From positions 56,868,289 through 56,915,424 of the forward strand of contig NC_068983.1 in assembly GCF_001194135.2 (NCBI RefSeq): a stretch of 47,136 nucleotides of DNA, given 5' to 3'. This document shows positions 45,219 to 47,136 of the stretch, in pieces. This stretch comes from Octopus bimaculoides (lineage: Eukaryota). Numbering within the stretch: the stretch's first letter is position 1; each line of letters opens with the position of its first letter. Made by a program: the position numbers and the translations under genes. The notes under the pieces were generated by a model. The model was given only the letters and a program-made list of their open reading frames with translations, did no database searches and was not told the origin of the DNA.

Positions 45219-45591
45219 GTTCAGTAGTTTTATTTTTATAACATCCTTTCACTTCACTACCGAGCGCAGCTCTGTGCGCCTTGGGTATGTGCTGTGGTTT
45301 GCTGTGGTGCTCTTATGCTTACTGTATTGAAAGTGATTTGCGTAGAATGCGTGCAGTACCAAGTAGTGCAATTTTCTGTATGTTATATATATTTGTAAGT
45401 CCTGGTGTTTTTGTTATGTATTTGTCTGAATATTTTTTTATTATACCTAAGGCACCTACTATGATAGGAATTGTTTCTGTTTTTAGACTCCACATTAGAG
45501 TTATCTCTATTTCCAGGTCTTTGTATTTTGAAAGTTTTTCCATTTTTTTTCGAGAAACGTTGTCATCTGCTGGTATTGATACATCAATTAG
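45219..45591 (-). mobile_element. R4/Dong-type LINE 3' end running into an assembly gap
   Basis: Single open frame LIDVSIPADDNVSRKKMEKLSKYKDLEIEITLMWSLKTETIPIIVGALG...ILRKSLSIQ* (RLE motif region). (TAA)n at 45163-45218. Nine differences from the 32282 copy over about 319 bp (counted by eye). Confidence 0.9.
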
Positions 45592-46423
45592 NNNNNNNNN
45601 NNNNNNNNNNNNNNNNNNNNNNNNNNNNNNNNNNNNNNNNNNNNNNNNNNNNNNNNNNNNNNNNNNNNNNNNNNNNNNNNNNNNNNNNNNNNNNNNNNNN
45701 NNNNNNNNNNNNNNNNNNNNNNNNNNNNNNNNNNNNNNNNNNNNNNNNNNNNNNNNNNNNNNNNNNNNNNNNNNNNNNNNNNNNNNNNNNNNNNNNNNNN
45801 NNNNNNNNNNNNNNNNNNNNNNNNNNNNNNNNNNNNNNNNNNNNNNNNNNNNNNNNNNNNNNNNNNNNNNNNNNNNNNNNNNNNNNNNNNNNNNNNNNNN
45901 NNNNNNNNNNNNNNNNNNNNNNNNNNNNNNNNNNNNNNNNNNNNNNNNNNNNNNNNNNNNNNNNNNNNNNNNNNNNNNNNNNNNNNNNNNNNNNNNNNNN
46001 NNNNNNNNNNNNNNNNNNNNNNNNNNNNNNNNNNNNNNNNNNNNNNNNNNNNNNNNNNNNNNNNNNNNNNNNNNNNNNNNNNNNNNNNNNNNNNNNNNNN
46101 NNNNNNNNNNNNNNNNNNNNNNNNNNNNNNNNNNNNNNNNNNNNNNNNNNNNNNNNNNNNNNNNNNNNNNNNNNNNNNNNNNNNNNNNNNNNNNNNNNNN
46201 NNNNNNNNNNNNNNNNNNNNNNNNNNNNNNNNNNNNNNNNNNNNNNNNNNNNNNNNNNNNNNNNNNNNNNNNNNNNNNNNNNNNNNNNNNNNNNNNNNNN
46301 NNNNNNNNNNNNNNNNNNNNNNNNNNNNNNNNNNNNNNNNNNNNNNNNNNNNNNNNNNNNNNNNNNNNNNNNNNNNNNNNNNNNNNNNNNNNNNNNNNNN
46401 NNNNNNNNNNNNNNNNNNNNNNN

Positions 46424-46573
46424 TTTATATATATACGACGGTCTTCTTTCAGTTTTCATCTACCAAATCCACTCACAAGGCTTTGGTCGGCCCGAGACTA
46501 TGGCAGAAGACACTTGCTCAAGTTGCTGCACAATGTGACTGTAAAGCAAGCTTCTTACTATATAACCACGCCT
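46424..46573 (-). mobile_element. Family B SINE 5' half with internal deletion
   Basis: CTTTCAGTTTTCATCTACCAAATCCACTCACAAGGCTTTGGTCGGCCCGAG...AAGCTTCTTAC. Confidence 0.85.
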
Positions 46574-46601
46574 ATGATGGCATTCTTTTATTTGTATTTT
46601 A

Positions 46602-46733
46602 ACTAATCCACTCACAATCTGTTGGTCGAACCAAAGCAATATAGTAGAGGATACTTGCCCACGATGCCACGCAGTGGTACTGAACCCCGAAGTATATGGT
46701 TGAAAAGCAAAGTCTTTACCATGCAGCCACACC
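46602..46733 (-). mobile_element. Family B SINE 5' half
   Basis: AATCCACTCACAA...TGCCACGCAGTGGTACTGAACCCC...TTTACCATGCAGCCAC. Confidence 0.8.
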
Positions 46734-47136
46734 ATATGTGTATTGTCCAACGCTAGGTTGACCAAGTATGCAACGATGAAATTGTCGACATAATTCATTT
46801 TAGAGCTTTTTATTGGAAGACAAATTTGATAAACAGACGAAACAATAGGTTATGTTCGAAACAAACTTACATTTTATTAATCCCAGCTTGAACTAAATTG
46901 CTAGTAATTTTTTTATTTGTTACCATTGGTTTCTTGTCTCAAAGCTTTCCTGTATGTCTCTACATTTCTTTCTTCGTATCTCTGTCACTCGTACAAGCGC
47001 TACGCACTTTTGTCTGATACTAGATATGTTTACCTATTTGCATAGTCAGCATATATGTGTGTTTGTGTGCATGTGTGCGTATGCATGTATATGTGTTTGT
47101 GCGTATTTGCGCGTGTATATATATATATATATATAT

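Noticed and set aside
520-46606. Long ORFs in the supplied track containing runs of X
   Set aside because: They span N gaps and flanking (TA)n/(CA)n, so the length is an artefact.

Overview
AT-rich eukaryotic genomic DNA from a gapped draft assembly (about 14 large N runs, plus several 10-N gaps). It is dense in TA/CA/TAA/GAT/TCTA microsatellites and tRNA-derived SINEs. The repeat families match those I recognise from Octopus genomes (inference, not a database result). No intact protein-coding gene, tRNA, rRNA or CRISPR array can be supported. Almost every ORF in the supplied track is an N-gap or microsatellite artefact, or a transposon relic. The window reads as intronic or intergenic sequence built from nested retroelements. 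Main points: (1) a 2144-bp ORF1-only Tx1/L1-type element (CCHC knuckle, no ORF2) with a perfect 13-bp TSD, inserted in a SINE, i.e. HAL1-like; (2) a type I hammerhead ribozyme motif with a complete catalytic core at 22022-22069; (3) a Penelope-like family whose 3' region joins a GIY-YIG C-terminus, a tRNA-like Pol III head, (AAT)n and a minimal hammerhead, with one copy hit by a TAA-targeting R4/Dong element; (4) three head-to-tail 3' ends of a second RLE-type LINE stacked in (TACA)n-like tails; (5) a mariner relic with two 5' ends. SINE family labels A, B, D and E are local to this report. Boundaries of diverged repeats are approximate (about +/-10 bp).
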